DNA from: Desulfovibrio sp. OttesenSCG-928-C06
GTDB taxonomy: Bacteria; Desulfobacterota; Desulfovibrionia; Desulfovibrionales; Desulfovibrionaceae
NCBI GenBank assembly: GCA_030267065.1
Contig: JAJDJF010000001.1
Coordinates: 16,448-80,447 of the forward strand
DNA length: 64,000 nucleotides
Reading direction: 5' to 3'
Shown: positions 26,260 through 39,389 of the stretch, piece by piece
Layout of the letters: each line of letters starts with the position of its first letter
Position numbering within the stretch: position 1 is the first letter of the stretch
Position numbers and translations under genes: made by a program
Notes under the pieces: generated by a model
Told to the model about the DNA's origin: nothing
Seen by the model: only the letters and a program-made list of their open reading frames with translations
Database searches by the model: none

Positions 26260-27612
26260 ATGGCCAAAGCGCGTGAAATATATGTCTGCTCCGCTTGCGG
26301 GGCGCAGTCTTCCCAGTGGAAGGGGCAGTGCTCAAAGTGTTCTGCCTGGAATACGCTGGAAGCTTCCGTTGTGGCTCCAAACAGCCGCGCTCCACGCCCC
26401 GGCTCCGGGGTGCAGAGCCTGCTGCGTCTTTCTGATGCTCCTGACATTATCGCTGATGCCTTCAGTACCGGCATTGAAGCTCTTGACCGGGTTCTGGGCA
26501 AGGGGCTGGTGCCGGGCGCTGCCATTCTTATTGGCGGCGAGCCGGGCATAGGCAAATCGACTCTTCTTCTGCAACTGGCCGGGGCTGTAGCTGCTTCCGG
26601 CAATCAGGTTGTCTACCTTTCGGGCGAGGAATCGCTGGGCCAGATTAAATCGCGGGCCGAGCGGCTGAATGCGCTGCACGAAAACCTTCTCGCCATTGCC
26701 ACCAACCAGATTGACGATATCCTGCCGGTGATTGACGGCAAAAATCCCCCGGCTTTACTGATTGCAGACTCGGTGCAGACCTTGAGCTCAACCAGAGCGG
26801 AAGGGCTGCCCGGCAACGTCAGTCAGGTGCGCGCTGTGGCCGGTGAATTGATGGAAGCCTGCAAGCGCAACGGCGTGACCCTGCTTATTGTCGGGCATGT
26901 CACCAAAGAGGGAAATCTTGCCGGGCCAAAGCTTCTTGAGCATATGGTGGATACGGTTATCTCGCTGGAAGGCGACCGGGATCAGGTTTTCAGGATCATG
27001 CGTGTGCTTAAGAACCGTTTTGGGCCGAACCAGGAACTTCTTATTTTTCAGATGCTTGGGCAAGGGCTGGACCTTATTGAGGATCCTTCCACATATTTTC
27101 TGGGCGCGCGCGATCCGCTGCTTTCCGGCGCATCAGTTGTGATGGCCGTGGACGGGCAACGTACTTTTGCCGTGGAAGTTCAGGCCCTTGCAACACGCAG
27201 CTTTTTGAGCATTCCGCGCCGCGCAGCCCTGGGGCTTGACGTTAACCGGTTGCATCTTATCTTGGCTGTATTGGAGAAGCGTCTGAAATTAAATTTCGGG
27301 CAATCGGATATTTACGTCAAGGTGGGGGGCGGAATGCGCTTGCAGGAACCGGGAATGGATCTTGCATTGGTAGCCAGCATACTGTCATCTTTTTATGATC
27401 TGGCATTGCCCGAGCGCAGCGCCTTTTGGGGCGAAGTGGATTTGAACGGGCAAATACGCCCGGTGGCCTCGCATTCGCTACGCAAGGATCAGGCAGTGCG
27501 CCTTGGTTATACACCGCTGTTTTATCCTCGTATTGATGGCGAAAAGGGCGGCATCCGCAGCCTTGGCGAACTTGTAGAAGCTTTGTTCAGCAGAAAAACG
27601 GGAAAAAATTAA
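26260..27612 (+). CDS. radA: DNA repair protein RadA/Sms
   Basis: N-terminal zinc finger YVCSACGAQSSQWKGQCSKCSAWNTL, Walker A GGEPGIGKSTLLLQ, KNRFG motif, Lon-like C-terminus. Confidence 0.95.
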   Translation: MAKAREIYVCSACGAQSSQWKGQCSKCSAWNTLEASVVAPNSRAPRPGSGVQSLLRLSDAPDIIADAFSTGIEALDRVLGKGLVPGAAILIGGEPGIGKSTLLLQLAGAVAASGNQVVYLSGEESLGQIKSRAERLNALHENLLAIATNQIDDILPVIDGKNPPALLIADSVQTLSSTRAEGLPGNVSQVRAVAGELMEACKRNGVTLLIVGHVTKEGNLAGPKLLEHMVDTVISLEGDRDQVFRIMRVLKNRFGPNQELLIFQMLGQGLDLIEDPSTYFLGARDPLLSGASVVMAVDGQRTFAVEVQALATRSFLSIPRRAALGLDVNRLHLILAVLEKRLKLNFGQSDIYVKVGGGMRLQEPGMDLALVASILSSFYDLALPERSAFWGEVDLNGQIRPVASHSLRKDQAVRLGYTPLFYPRIDGEKGGIRSLGELVEALFSRKTGKN

Positions 27613-27614
27613 CC

Positions 27615-28013
27615 ATGAACCATATAGAGCGTTACGCAGGTACTTTTATTCCGCTACAGGCCGGGTGCGGTAATTGCGGCGGCTGTGGAAACAGTGGCGA
27701 ACCGGGCGATGCCGGGGGCGGGCAGGGCGAAACCCTGACCGTTGTGCGCAACGAGGTCCGCGAGCCGAGAAAGGCAAGAGTGTTGCTGCTGAACGATGAC
27801 TATACCTCCATGGAATTCGTTGTGCGTATTCTTGTGGAAATTTTCCGCAAAAAAGCGGAGGAGGCCACAGCCATAATGTTGGCCGTGCATGAAAAAGGCA
27901 AGGGCGAGTGCGGAATTTACCCGGTTGAGATAGCCGAAACCAAGGTAAATCAGGTGCACAGCCGGGCAAGGTCGGAAGGCTTTCCGCTGCGCTGCGCCAT
28001 TGAGCATATTTGA
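27615..28013 (+). CDS. clpS: ATP-dependent Clp protease adaptor ClpS (with unusual N-terminal extension)
   Basis: Core ..ARVLLLNDDYTSMEFVVRILVEIFRKKAEEATAIMLAVHEKGKGECGIYPVEIAETKV.. It is preceded by about 50 aa including GCGNCGGCGNSG. The start codon is uncertain. Confidence 0.88.
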   Translation: MNHIERYAGTFIPLQAGCGNCGGCGNSGEPGDAGGGQGETLTVVRNEVREPRKARVLLLNDDYTSMEFVVRILVEIFRKKAEEATAIMLAVHEKGKGECGIYPVEIAETKVNQVHSRARSEGFPLRCAIEHI

Positions 28014-28029
28014 ACCCAGGATGTGACCG

Positions 28030-30474
28030 ATGCTTAATAAAGATCTTGAACATATAATCAGCAAGGCCGTGGATATAGTGCGCAAGAACCGGCACGAATA
28101 TCTCACGCTTGAGCATATCATGCTTGCCTCCATTCAGGTTGGGCCGGGGCGCGAAATTATCGAAGCCTGCGGCGGCAACGCCGGAGAGGTGGAAGCCCAG
28201 ATCATGTTCTTTTTGAACACCGAACTGGAGTCGCTTCCTAACGATGTGGAGCATGTTCTGGTGCAGACCGTGGCTGTACAGCGCGTAATGCAAAATGCCC
28301 TGCACCACGTTGAGACCTCCGGTCGCGACAAGATGAACATTGGCGACATCTTTGCCGCCACCATGGAAGAAATAGACAGCCACGCCTCCTACATACTGGC
28401 CCAGCAGGGTATTACACGTCTGGATATTCTCAACTATATCAGTCACGAGGCGGTTGAGCGGGAAGAAACCCCGGAAGAAGGCGAGGGCGGCAAGGACGAC
28501 CTGCAAGGCAAGGCGCTCAAGCGTTTTACCCACGACCTTACCGAAGCTGCGGCTCAGGGGCGCATTGATCCACTGATCGGGCGCGAGGCCGAAATTGAGC
28601 GGGCCATTCAGGTTCTGGCACGCAGACGCAAGAACAACCCGCTGTTTGTGGGCGACCCCGGCGTGGGCAAGACTGCGCTGGCTGAGGGGCTTGCCCTGCG
28701 CATCAGCGAAGGCCGCGTGCCGGAAGAATTTCTGGACGTAAACATTTACGCCCTTGACCTTGGCGCGTTGCTGGCTGGCAGCAAGTACCGCGGCGATTTC
28801 GAGGCTCGCCTCAAGGCCGTAGTCAACGAGCTGGGCAAGATTCCCAACTCGATCCTCTTTATTGATGAAATTCACACCATCGTTGGGGCCGGGGCAACAA
28901 CCGGCGGTTCAATGGATGCCTCCAACCTGCTCAAGCCGGTGCTGGCTCAGGGCAACATCCGTTTTATCGGCTCCACAACGCATGATGAGTTCCGTAATCT
29001 TTTTGACAAGGACCGGGCTCTTTCGCGCCGCTTCCAGAAAATTGACGTGGATGAACCCAGTCAGGAAGAATGCGTGGAAATCTTGAAGGGCCTGCGTTCG
29101 CGCTACGAGGAGCATCACAAGGTGCGCTACTCGATGCCAGCCCTGAAATCCGCCGTAACCCTGTCTGTACGCCATTTGCAGGATCGCCTGCTGCCGGACA
29201 AGGCCATTGACGTGATTGACGAGGCAGGGGCCTACCATCGCCTGCATCATTCAGTTTCCGGCACGCGCAAGTCCGGCAGTCCGAAAAACGACATGATCAG
29301 TTCCTCTGATATTGAGAAGATTGTGGCACGCATGGCCAAGATTCCTTCGGCCCGCGTCAGCACTTCCGACCGCGACAAATTGCGCGATCTGGAAAAGGAA
29401 CTGAAAGAACTGATCTTTGGGCAGAACGCGGCTGTGGAGAGTCTTTCCAAAGCCGTGTTGCGCGCCCGTGCCGGTTTCAAGCGGGACCAGCGTCCGCAGG
29501 GGGCTTTTCTGTTTTACGGCCCCACCGGGGTTGGTAAAACAGAACTTGCCAAGCAGCTTGCCAATATTCTGGGCGTGACCTTTTTGCGTTACGATATGTC
29601 GGAATATATGGAAAAACACTCGGTGTCGCGTTTGATTGGTTCGCCTCCGGGATATGTCGGCTTTGATCAGGGCGGCATGCTCACCGAGGCCGTGCGCAAA
29701 TCGCCGCATGCCGTTCTGTTGCTGGATGAGATGGAAAAAGCCCACCCGGACGTCATGAGCATCCTGCTGCAAATAATGGATTACGCCACTTTGACAGACA
29801 ACACCGGGCGCAAGGCCGACTTCCGCAACGTGATCATCATCATGACCTCCAATGCCGGGGCTTTTGACATGGCCAAACGCGACATGGGCTTTGGCATCGG
29901 CAGCGGTATCAAGAGCGGTTCGGCAAACAAGGGCCTCAAGGCTGTGGAAAAGCTCTTTTCGCCGGAGTTCCGCAACCGTCTGGACGCCATGATTCCCTTT
30001 GCCAACCTTTCGCCGGATGCAATGGGCAGTATTGTGGACAAGTTTGTGGCCGAACTTGAAGCCTCGCTCAAGGAGCGTCGCGTCAAGCTGACACTGAGCG
30101 AAAAAGCCCGCGCTTATCTGGCAAAGCACGGCTATGACCGCGAATTCGGCGCCCGCCCGCTGGCCCGCCTGCTGCGTGAGCAGGTGGAAGACCAGCTGGC
30201 CCGTGAGATATTGTTCGGGCAGCTTACGCAGGGTGGCATGGCCTCCATTGACGTCAAGACCGTTTCCGGCAAACTCAAGGTGGCGGAAGAAGCCAAGACC
30301 GAGGAACTTGTTTTCCGGTTTGAACCTTTTTCGTCCTCTGTTGCCACAAAAGCTTCGGGCGCGTCCAAAAATGCCGGTAGCCCGGAATCAGGCAAGACAA
30401 AGGGCGGCGCTACCGGAAAAACCGGCGGCAAGTCCGGTGGTAAAAAAGCTCCAGCGCAGGAACCTGTTTCCTGA
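28030..30474 (+). CDS. clpA: ATP-dependent Clp protease ATP-binding subunit ClpA
   Basis: Clp N-domain, two AAA+ modules ([15 protein letters not shown]; [15 protein letters not shown]). Directly follows clpS. Has a Lys/Gly-rich C-terminal tail. Confidence 0.95.
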   Translation: MLNKDLEHIISKAVDIVRKNRHEYLTLEHIMLASIQVGPGREIIEACGGNAGEVEAQIMFFLNTELESLPNDVEHVLVQTVAVQRVMQNALHHVETSGRDKMNIGDIFAATMEEIDSHASYILAQQGITRLDILNYISHEAVEREETPEEGEGGKDDLQGKALKRFTHDLTEAAAQGRIDPLIGREAEIERAIQVLARRRKNNPLFVGDPGVGKTALAEGLALRISEGRVPEEFLDVNIYALDLGALLAGSKYRGDFEARLKAVVNELGKIPNSILFIDEIHTIVGAGATTGGSMDASNLLKPVLAQGNIRFIGSTTHDEFRNLFDKDRALSRRFQKIDVDEPSQEECVEILKGLRSRYEEHHKVRYSMPALKSAVTLSVRHLQDRLLPDKAIDVIDEAGAYHRLHHSVSGTRKSGSPKNDMISSSDIEKIVARMAKIPSARVSTSDRDKLRDLEKELKELIFGQNAAVESLSKAVLRARAGFKRDQRPQGAFLFYGPTGVGKTELAKQLANILGVTFLRYDMSEYMEKHSVSRLIGSPPGYVGFDQGGMLTEAVRKSPHAVLLLDEMEKAHPDVMSILLQIMDYATLTDNTGRKADFRNVIIIMTSNAGAFDMAKRDMGFGIGSGIKSGSANKGLKAVEKLFSPEFRNRLDAMIPFANLSPDAMGSIVDKFVAELEASLKERRVKLTLSEKARAYLAKHGYDREFGARPLARLLREQVEDQLAREILFGQLTQGGMASIDVKTVSGKLKVAEEAKTEELVFRFEPFSSSVATKASGASKNAGSPESGKTKGGATGKTGGKSGGKKAPAQEPVS

Positions 30475-30478
30475 TGCC

Positions 30479-31186
30479 ATGCCCATAATCTGGCTTGATG
30501 AAAACAGTATAGAATTCCCTCCCGTGCGGCTGGCAGACCCAGAAGGGCTGCTGGCTGCCGGGGGGGATTTGTCCGTTGCGCGGCTTACAGAAGCGTACCG
30601 CAATGGCATCTTCCCGTGGTACGGGCCGGATACGCCGATTCTCTGGTGGTCAACCAACCCGCGCTGCGTGCTTTTTCCGGAAAAGCTGCACGTTCCCGCT
30701 TCCCTCAAAAAAATCATCCGCTCACAGAAATTCAGCTTCAGCGTAAATAAATGTTTTGCAAAGGTTATGCTGCATTGCGCCGCGGCCAAACGCCCGGATC
30801 AGCAAGGCACATGGATTACGCAGGATATGTTTGAGGCGTATGTTGCCATGCACCGTGCGGGCAAGGCCCATTCAGTTGAGGTGTGGCAGGACGGCAAGCT
30901 GGCTGGTGGTCTTTACGGCGTGGCTATCGGACGGGCTTTTTTTGGCGAGTCCATGTTCTATTTGCGCCCTGATGCTTCCAAGGCTGCCATTGCCTGGCTG
31001 GTGCCGCGCCTTGGGGAGCTTGGATTCCCGCTAATCGACTGCCAGCAGGAAACGCCGCACATGATGAGGTTTGGCGCGGAACTTGTGGACAGGGCGCTTT
31101 TTCTGAAGATAATATCCAGTGCCGTGGACAGGGAAGACGCTGTTGATTTCTGGCACAGTCAGGTTCAGCTCGTGCAGCCACTTTAG
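30479..31186 (+). CDS. aat: Leucyl/phenylalanyl-tRNA--protein transferase
   Basis: MPIIWLDENSIEFPP..GLLAAGGDLS..LTEAYRNGIFPWY..ILWWS.NPRCVLFP..GESMF.. Start ATG 30479 lies just after the clpA stop; the longer track ORF (from 30134) overlaps clpA. Confidence 0.92.
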   Translation: MPIIWLDENSIEFPPVRLADPEGLLAAGGDLSVARLTEAYRNGIFPWYGPDTPILWWSTNPRCVLFPEKLHVPASLKKIIRSQKFSFSVNKCFAKVMLHCAAAKRPDQQGTWITQDMFEAYVAMHRAGKAHSVEVWQDGKLAGGLYGVAIGRAFFGESMFYLRPDASKAAIAWLVPRLGELGFPLIDCQQETPHMMRFGAELVDRALFLKIISSAVDREDAVDFWHSQVQLVQPL

Positions 31187-31324
31187 CTTCTGACTTGTGG
31201 AGATAGCCCTGTTTTAGGTCGTACTTGCTGTGCCCTATAAGCAGAATTGAGTGCCGTTCAAATTGCGCATCTTGTTAATTTGTGTTAACAAGTCTGGGCG
31301 ATAAAATTTCCCTGGGTAATCAAT

Positions 31325-32044
31325 ATGAAAAATTCAGATAAAAATGCACTGCTTATCGGTATGATTGGCGGTATGAGCTGGGAAAGCACCGTTACATATT
31401 ATCAGGTAATCAACACGGTTGTAAAAGAACGGCTTGGTGGGCTGCATTCGGCCCGTTGCCTGTTGCACAGCGTGGATTTTGAGGCGATAGAGGCTTGTCA
31501 GGCTCAGGGCCGCTGGGAAGACAGCGCCGCCATTCTTGGCGAAGCAGCCCGGTCGCTTGAACGGGCCGGGGCGGACTTTTTCATCATCTGCACAAATACC
31601 ATGCACAAGGTGGCAGGGCAGGTGCAGAGCCGGGTTTCCATTCCCTTGCTGCATATTGCTGACGAAACTGCGGCGGAACTGAATAAAGCAGGTGTGCGCA
31701 AGGTCGCCTTGCTGGGCACCGCCTACACTATGGAGCAGGATTTTTACAAGATCCGTCTTGTGGATTCCGGGCTGGAAGTGCTGGTGCCGGAAGCCCCGGA
31801 CAGGCAGGAAATCAGCCGTATCATCTATGAAGAACTGTGTCTGGGCACTATCAACACAAAGTCCCGACTTTTTTACCGCAATGTAATAGATGGCCTTAAA
31901 GAGCGCGGCGCAGAGGCGGTTATTCTGGGCTGCACAGAGATTGGCCTGCTGGTCCGGCAGGAAGACAGTTCGCTCCCGTTGTTTGATACGGCAATGATTC
32001 ATGCCAGAGCCGCAGCCCTGCGCTCGATAGAACGGCTGCTGTAA
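31325..32044 (+). CDS. Aspartate/glutamate racemase-family protein (aspartate racemase-like)
   Basis: ..IGMIGGMSWESTVTYYQVIN.. and ..ILGCTEIGLLV.. are the two catalytic-Cys/Thr motifs of the Asp/Glu racemase family. Confidence 0.88.
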   Translation: MKNSDKNALLIGMIGGMSWESTVTYYQVINTVVKERLGGLHSARCLLHSVDFEAIEACQAQGRWEDSAAILGEAARSLERAGADFFIICTNTMHKVAGQVQSRVSIPLLHIADETAAELNKAGVRKVALLGTAYTMEQDFYKIRLVDSGLEVLVPEAPDRQEISRIIYEELCLGTINTKSRLFYRNVIDGLKERGAEAVILGCTEIGLLVRQEDSSLPLFDTAMIHARAAALRSIERLL

Positions 32045-32207
32045 GCCGGAGCGCTTCATATATATAGCAGAAGCGCTCATAAAATATTGGGAACCGGCAA
32101 TGTTTGCTGTGCCGGTCATTCAGAATGGATATTGTCCGGTAAGGCAGCAAAAGCGCTAATGCCGGTAACTCTGGCAAATATTCCGGGCTTGCCCCAGGTT
32201 AAATAAT

Positions 32208-34250
32208 ATGGAAAATAATCTTTTCAAGCTTGCTACGGAGTATCAGCCCAGCGGCGACCAGCCAGAAGCCATTGACCTTCTGGTCTCCAACATCACGGCT
32301 GGCGTGCAGGATCAGGTTCTGCTCGGCGTTACCGGATCGGGCAAGACCTTTACAATGGCGCAGGTTATCGCACGCTGTAACCGCCCGGCCCTGATTCTGG
32401 CGCACAATAAGACTCTGGCTGCGCAGCTTTACAATGAATTTCGGCAGCTTTTTCCGCATAACGCCGTGGAATATTTCGTAAGTTACTACGACTACTACCA
32501 GCCGGAAGCCTATGTGCCATCGTCTGACCTCTATATCGAGAAAGACTCGGCCATCAACGATAATATCGAAAAATTGCGCCACGCCGCGACTTACGCGCTG
32601 TTTACCCGGCGCGACGTAATTATCGTGGCCTCGGTATCCTGTATTTACGGCCTTGGTTCCCCGGAGTTCTACCAGAAGATGATGCTGCCAATCGAAGCCG
32701 GGCAGCGTTGCATCATGGATGAGGTTATCAAAAAGCTGGTGGAAATTCAGTACTCCCGCAATGATTACGACTTCCACCGCGGTACTTTCCGGGTGCGCGG
32801 CGATACGCTGGAAATCATCCCGGCTTACCAGAACGATCTGGCTATCCGTCTGGAATTTTTTGGCGACGAGCTTGAAAGCATCAGCGAGGTGGACGCGCTT
32901 ACCGGCAAGACCATGGGCACCTTGCGCAAAACCGTAATTTACCCAGCCAGCCACTATGTTTCCGACCGCGACAATCTGGTGCGTGCCGCTTCTGACATCC
33001 GCGACGAGTTGCGCGATCAGCTTAACCTGTTCCAGAAGGAAAACCGACTAGTAGAGGCGCAACGCCTAGAACAGCGTACGCTGCTGGATCTGGAGATGAT
33101 GGAGGAGATGGGCTACTGCCCGGGGGTTGAAAACTATTCCCGCCATCTGGACGGGCGCACGCAGGGCCAGCCGCCGCACACATTGCTGGATTACTTTCCG
33201 GATGATTTTTTGCTGTTTGCGGACGAGTCGCACATCAGTATTCCGCAGGTTGGGGCCATGTTCAAGGGCGACCGCTCGCGCAAGCAGACTCTGGTCAACT
33301 ACGGCTTTCGCCTCCCTTCGGCGCTGGATAACAGGCCGCTTGAGTTCAGCGAATTTCTGGAGCGCATCGGGCAGGTGGTCTACGTTTCCGCAACTCCCGG
33401 CAAGTGGGAACTGGAGCGCTCGCAGGGCATTGTAGCCGAGCAGGTGATTCGCCCCACCGGGCTGGTGGACCCAGAAGTGGAAGTGCGCCCGAGCAAGGGG
33501 CAGATGGACGACCTGATGGCCGAGTGCCGCAAGCGCATCATCCGCGAGGAGAGGGTGCTGGTTACCACGCTGACCAAGCGCATGGCCGAGGACTTGACGG
33601 AATACCTCAACAGTATGGGCGTATCCACCAAGTACCTGCACTCGGATATTGACACGCTGGAGCGCATGGCGATTCTCCGCTCGCTCCGGCGCAAGGAATT
33701 TGATGTGCTTGTAGGCATCAACCTTCTGCGTGAAGGGCTGGATATTCCGGAAGTTTCGCTGGTTGCGATACTGGATGCGGACAAGGAAGGCTTTTTGCGT
33801 TCGCGCGGTTCACTCATCCAGACTTTTGGACGCGCTGCCCGCAACAGTTCCGGGCATGTCATTCTTTATGCGGATAACATCACCCGCTCCATGTCCGAAG
33901 CCATGGCTGAAACAGAGCGCAGACGCGCCAAACAACTGGCCTTCAACCTGGAGCACGGCATTACGCCACGGACTATTATCAAGGATGTGGAAACTCCCTT
34001 TGATAATCTTTTTTCGCAACAGGATTCCGGGTCAGCTAAACGCGGCAGAAAGCAGAAAGCCGCAGAGCAGGATGCCGATATGCAGGCGGCTGCTTCACCC
34101 AAGGAACTGGGCCGGATCATACAACGTCTGGAGCGGGAAATGCGCGAGGCCGCCAAGGAGCTTGAGTTTGAGCATGCAGCCGAAATACGCGACCGCATAA
34201 CCTTTTTGCGGCAGAAGCTTATTTTATCCGGTAGCGAGGATATTGCGTAG
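32208..34250 (+). CDS. uvrB: Excinuclease ABC subunit B
   Basis: ..[28 protein letters not shown].., helicase motifs, C-terminal UVR domain (..[11 protein letters not shown]..). Confidence 0.97.
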   Translation: MENNLFKLATEYQPSGDQPEAIDLLVSNITAGVQDQVLLGVTGSGKTFTMAQVIARCNRPALILAHNKTLAAQLYNEFRQLFPHNAVEYFVSYYDYYQPEAYVPSSDLYIEKDSAINDNIEKLRHAATYALFTRRDVIIVASVSCIYGLGSPEFYQKMMLPIEAGQRCIMDEVIKKLVEIQYSRNDYDFHRGTFRVRGDTLEIIPAYQNDLAIRLEFFGDELESISEVDALTGKTMGTLRKTVIYPASHYVSDRDNLVRAASDIRDELRDQLNLFQKENRLVEAQRLEQRTLLDLEMMEEMGYCPGVENYSRHLDGRTQGQPPHTLLDYFPDDFLLFADESHISIPQVGAMFKGDRSRKQTLVNYGFRLPSALDNRPLEFSEFLERIGQVVYVSATPGKWELERSQGIVAEQVIRPTGLVDPEVEVRPSKGQMDDLMAECRKRIIREERVLVTTLTKRMAEDLTEYLNSMGVSTKYLHSDIDTLERMAILRSLRRKEFDVLVGINLLREGLDIPEVSLVAILDADKEGFLRSRGSLIQTFGRAARNSSGHVILYADNITRSMSEAMAETERRRAKQLAFNLEHGITPRTIIKDVETPFDNLFSQQDSGSAKRGRKQKAAEQDADMQAAASPKELGRIIQRLEREMREAAKELEFEHAAEIRDRITFLRQKLILSGSEDIA

Positions 34251-34307
34251 CTAGCTAGTGTTCAGACGCAATCTGAAAGGGCTGACATTCATAATCTGGT
34301 AAACTGA

Positions 34308-36488
<2,181 letters not shown>

Positions 36489-36605
36489 CCGGCTTTCGCC
36501 CAGATTCAGAACGGGCTGCCATGAATGGGCCACCTGCTTTGACGGCAAACTGCGGCGTCTATAACCTACACTTTTGCAGGACGGCATATCTAAAGGAGAA
36601 TCTTC

Positions 36606-37391
36606 ATGAGTATCAATGTTATCATTACCGGAGCCGGTGGCAGAATGGGCAAAACTCTTCAGGCGATTGTCCGGGAGAATGCTGATTTGAATCTGGCCGG
36701 GCTGATTGTGCAGGATTGCGAACTGGCCGAATGCAGCCGTGGCTGCGAAGTACCTATTGGCTGCGATCTCAAGGAGATGCTCACCAAATTTCCCGATGCC
36801 GTAGTGGTAGACTTTACTGCTCCGGAAGCCAGCCTTGGCTTTGCGGCCATAGTTGCGGAAATGGGCGCAAAGCATGTTATCGGCACCACTGGCCTTAATG
36901 ATGAACAGCGGGCCAGACTGGCTGGCTATGCGGAAAAAGGCACGATCTTCTGGTCGCCGAACATGAGCATTGGCGTAAATGTTCTTCTCAGGATATTGCC
37001 CGAGCTTACCAAGGCTCTTGGCCCGGATTATGACGTTGAAGTGATGGAAATCCACCACAAGAAGAAAAAGGACTCCCCCAGCGGCACTGCCGTGCGTCTT
37101 GGCGAAGCTCTGGCAGAAGCCAAGGGCTGGGATTATAATGATGCCGCCTGCTACCACCGCGAGGGCATCATCGGCGAGCGCCCCAAAGAGGAAATCGGCA
37201 TGCAGACCTTGCGCGGCGGCGATGTTGTTGGCGTACATACCGTGTACTTCATGGGCCCCGGCGAGCGCATAGAAGTGACCCATCAGGCTCATTCGCGTGA
37301 GAATTTCGCCAACGGTGCCATGCGCGCGGTCAGGTGGGTTAGCGCCCAGAAGCCCGGCAAACTTTACTCCATGCTGGATATCATCAAGTAA
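36606..37391 (+). CDS. dapB: 4-hydroxy-tetrahydrodipicolinate reductase
   Basis: MSINVIITGAGGRMGKTL..; ..EVMEIHHKKKKDSPSGTA.. Confidence 0.95.
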   Translation: MSINVIITGAGGRMGKTLQAIVRENADLNLAGLIVQDCELAECSRGCEVPIGCDLKEMLTKFPDAVVVDFTAPEASLGFAAIVAEMGAKHVIGTTGLNDEQRARLAGYAEKGTIFWSPNMSIGVNVLLRILPELTKALGPDYDVEVMEIHHKKKKDSPSGTAVRLGEALAEAKGWDYNDAACYHREGIIGERPKEEIGMQTLRGGDVVGVHTVYFMGPGERIEVTHQAHSRENFANGAMRAVRWVSAQKPGKLYSMLDIIK

Positions 37392-37505
37392 ATCGGTTTG
37401 ATTCGCTTGTGCTGGGCGCTTTATGCGTCAGGCTAAAGCTTTGGCGCGCCTGTTTTGCTGTTAGCTGAATATCTTGATTTTTTATTTTAATAGTGGAGCT
37501 GAACA

Positions 37506-39170
37506 ATGAAAATCGGTTTGCTGCAATGTAACCTTGTCAGCAATGATATAGAACGCAATATCAAGACCATCTACGCTGCCTTGTCAAAGGCGGCGGAGCA
37601 GGGCGCAGAGTTGTGTGTGACTTCCGAACTGGCCCTGTGCGGTTGTCCGGCTACCGAGCAGCTTACCCGTACGGCCTTCATCGAGTTTTGCCGGGTCAAA
37701 TTGCAGGAACTGGCAGGCAGGATCGAGGCTGAGAAGTTGCCGCCGCTGCTCATAGGCGCTCCCATTGCCAACCCGGTGCCGGAAGGCAAACCCCTGCAAA
37801 ACTGCGCAGCCTTTTTGCGCAGTGGCAAGGTCATGGTGATTGACCGCAAAGTGCTGCTGGCGGCAGACGGAACGCATGACGACTTTTATTATTTTGAACC
37901 CGGAGTCGGGCTGGGCGTTCTCCAGTTCAATGGCTGGCGTTTTGCCGTGGCCATAGGCGAGGATGTCTGGAATGATCGCGGCTTCTGGCACGGACGCCGC
38001 CAGTTCTATGCCGATCCGGTGGAAGACTTCATGACCGGCGGCGCGGACGCGTTAATCAACCTGACAGGCATTGCCTTTTCTCTTGGCGGTTGCGAACAGC
38101 ACAAGAAGGTGCTTTCGTGGAGCGCCGCCAAGTACCGTACTCCCATTGTGGCGGTTAATCAGGTGGGCGGTATGGATAGCGCCATTTACCCCGGCGGCAG
38201 CATGGTCTTTAATGCCTGCGGCGTATTGCGCGAGCAGGCCGCTCTGTTTGCAGAAGATGTGCTGGTTGTTGATCTGGACAAGCTGCGTGAGTGCGATTCA
38301 GATGAGCAGGCCGGAGTGAAAATGAGCGAGGAGGAGGAAGTCTGGAACGCCCTTGTGCTTGGCGTACGCGACTTTGTTTCCAAATGCGGTTTCTCGAAGG
38401 CCGTGCTGGGGCTTTCCGGCGGTATTGACTCCGCGCTGGTGGCAGCCATTGCTGCCGAAGCGCTCGGCAAGGAAAATGTTCTCGGCATCCTGATGCCCTC
38501 GCCTTACTCCAGTCAGGGCAGTATTGACGACAGTCTGGAACTGGCGTCCAATCTTGGCATGGAGACAATCACCGTGCCAATTGCCAAAGCTATGGAAACC
38601 TTTGGCGAGATGTTTGCGCCCAGCTTTGCCAATACAAAACCCGACACTACCGAGGAAAACCTGCAATCGCGCATTCGCGGCATTACTCTGATGGCCTTTT
38701 CCAACAAGTTTGGACGGATGCTGCTTAACACCGGCAACAAGTCCGAAGCGGCAGTGGGCTACAGCACGCTTTATGGTGATTCCTGCGGCGCGCTTGGCGT
38801 GATAGCCGACCTGTACAAACAGCAGGTCTATGCATTGTCCGAATGGATTAACAAGCGGAAGGGCTTTGACCTGATTCCGCGCGCCATTATTGATAAAGCG
38901 CCCTCGGCTGAATTGCGTCCGGATCAGAAAGACAGTGATTCGCTGCCTGACTACCCGGTGCTGGATGCTCTTTTGCGTGCTCACCTTGGCGACAAGTGCG
39001 ACCGTGAAGAGTTGATAGAGCGCGGCTTTGATATTGCCCTTGTGGACAGGGTGCTACGCTTGTTGCGCGGTGCCGAATTCAAGCGCCAGCAGAACCCTCC
39101 GGCCCTGCACGTCAGCACTCATGCCTTTGGACATGGCGGACGTATGCCGATAGCGACCTCGTTCAAATAA
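37506..39170 (+). CDS. nadE: Glutamine-dependent NAD+ synthetase (N-terminal CN-hydrolase domain + NAD synthase domain)
   Basis: N-terminal nitrilase-like domain (..CVTSELALCG..). P-loop SGGIDSALVAAIA in the C-terminal synthetase domain. Confidence 0.93.
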   Translation: MKIGLLQCNLVSNDIERNIKTIYAALSKAAEQGAELCVTSELALCGCPATEQLTRTAFIEFCRVKLQELAGRIEAEKLPPLLIGAPIANPVPEGKPLQNCAAFLRSGKVMVIDRKVLLAADGTHDDFYYFEPGVGLGVLQFNGWRFAVAIGEDVWNDRGFWHGRRQFYADPVEDFMTGGADALINLTGIAFSLGGCEQHKKVLSWSAAKYRTPIVAVNQVGGMDSAIYPGGSMVFNACGVLREQAALFAEDVLVVDLDKLRECDSDEQAGVKMSEEEEVWNALVLGVRDFVSKCGFSKAVLGLSGGIDSALVAAIAAEALGKENVLGILMPSPYSSQGSIDDSLELASNLGMETITVPIAKAMETFGEMFAPSFANTKPDTTEENLQSRIRGITLMAFSNKFGRMLLNTGNKSEAAVGYSTLYGDSCGALGVIADLYKQQVYALSEWINKRKGFDLIPRAIIDKAPSAELRPDQKDSDSLPDYPVLDALLRAHLGDKCDREELIERGFDIALVDRVLRLLRGAEFKRQQNPPALHVSTHAFGHGGRMPIATSFK

Positions 39171-39240
39171 GGCCTTGCCGCCCGGCTGATTGCCGGATGT
39201 TATTAAATAGTTTGTCGTTTTTGTTAAAGATATCCGTAAT

Positions 39241-39276
39241 AGCCACCTGTGATTCTTGCAGGTGGCTACTTTTTTA
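39241..39276 (+). terminator. Rho-independent terminator after nadE
   Basis: AGCCACCTG (39241-39249) / CAGGTGGCT (39259-39267) followed by ACTTTTTT. Confidence 0.85.
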
Positions 39277-39321
39277 TTGAATTACTGCCTGATTCAAAAA
39301 GTATATTTTCTTCTTGATCTG

Positions 39322-39340
39322 GATTATGAAAATCATTATC
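39322..39340. promoter_or_regulatory. Fur box overlapping the putative porin promoter
   Basis: GATTATGAAAATCATTATC matches GATAATGATAATCATTATC at 17 of 19 positions. It lies between a candidate -35 TTGATC (39314-39319) and -10 TATCGT (39337-39342), about 50 nt upstream of the porin ATG. Confidence 0.6.
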
Positions 39341-39389
39341 GTTCATCCGTCTTGAAGATTGCGATAACACTTTACCAAAGGAAGGAATA

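Noticed and set aside
27646-28875. 409-aa minus-strand ORF antisense to clpS/clpA; likewise 39450-40799 antisense to the porin and 50072-51817 antisense to the radical SAM gene.
   Set aside because: Same reasoning as above. The sense genes are unambiguous, and the antisense translations show no family features.
30134-30478. 115-codon upstream extension of the aat ORF overlapping the clpA 3' end.
   Set aside because: The translation is Arg/Pro-rich with no Aat similarity. The conserved Aat N-terminus (MPIIWLDE..) starts at 30479, right after the clpA stop.
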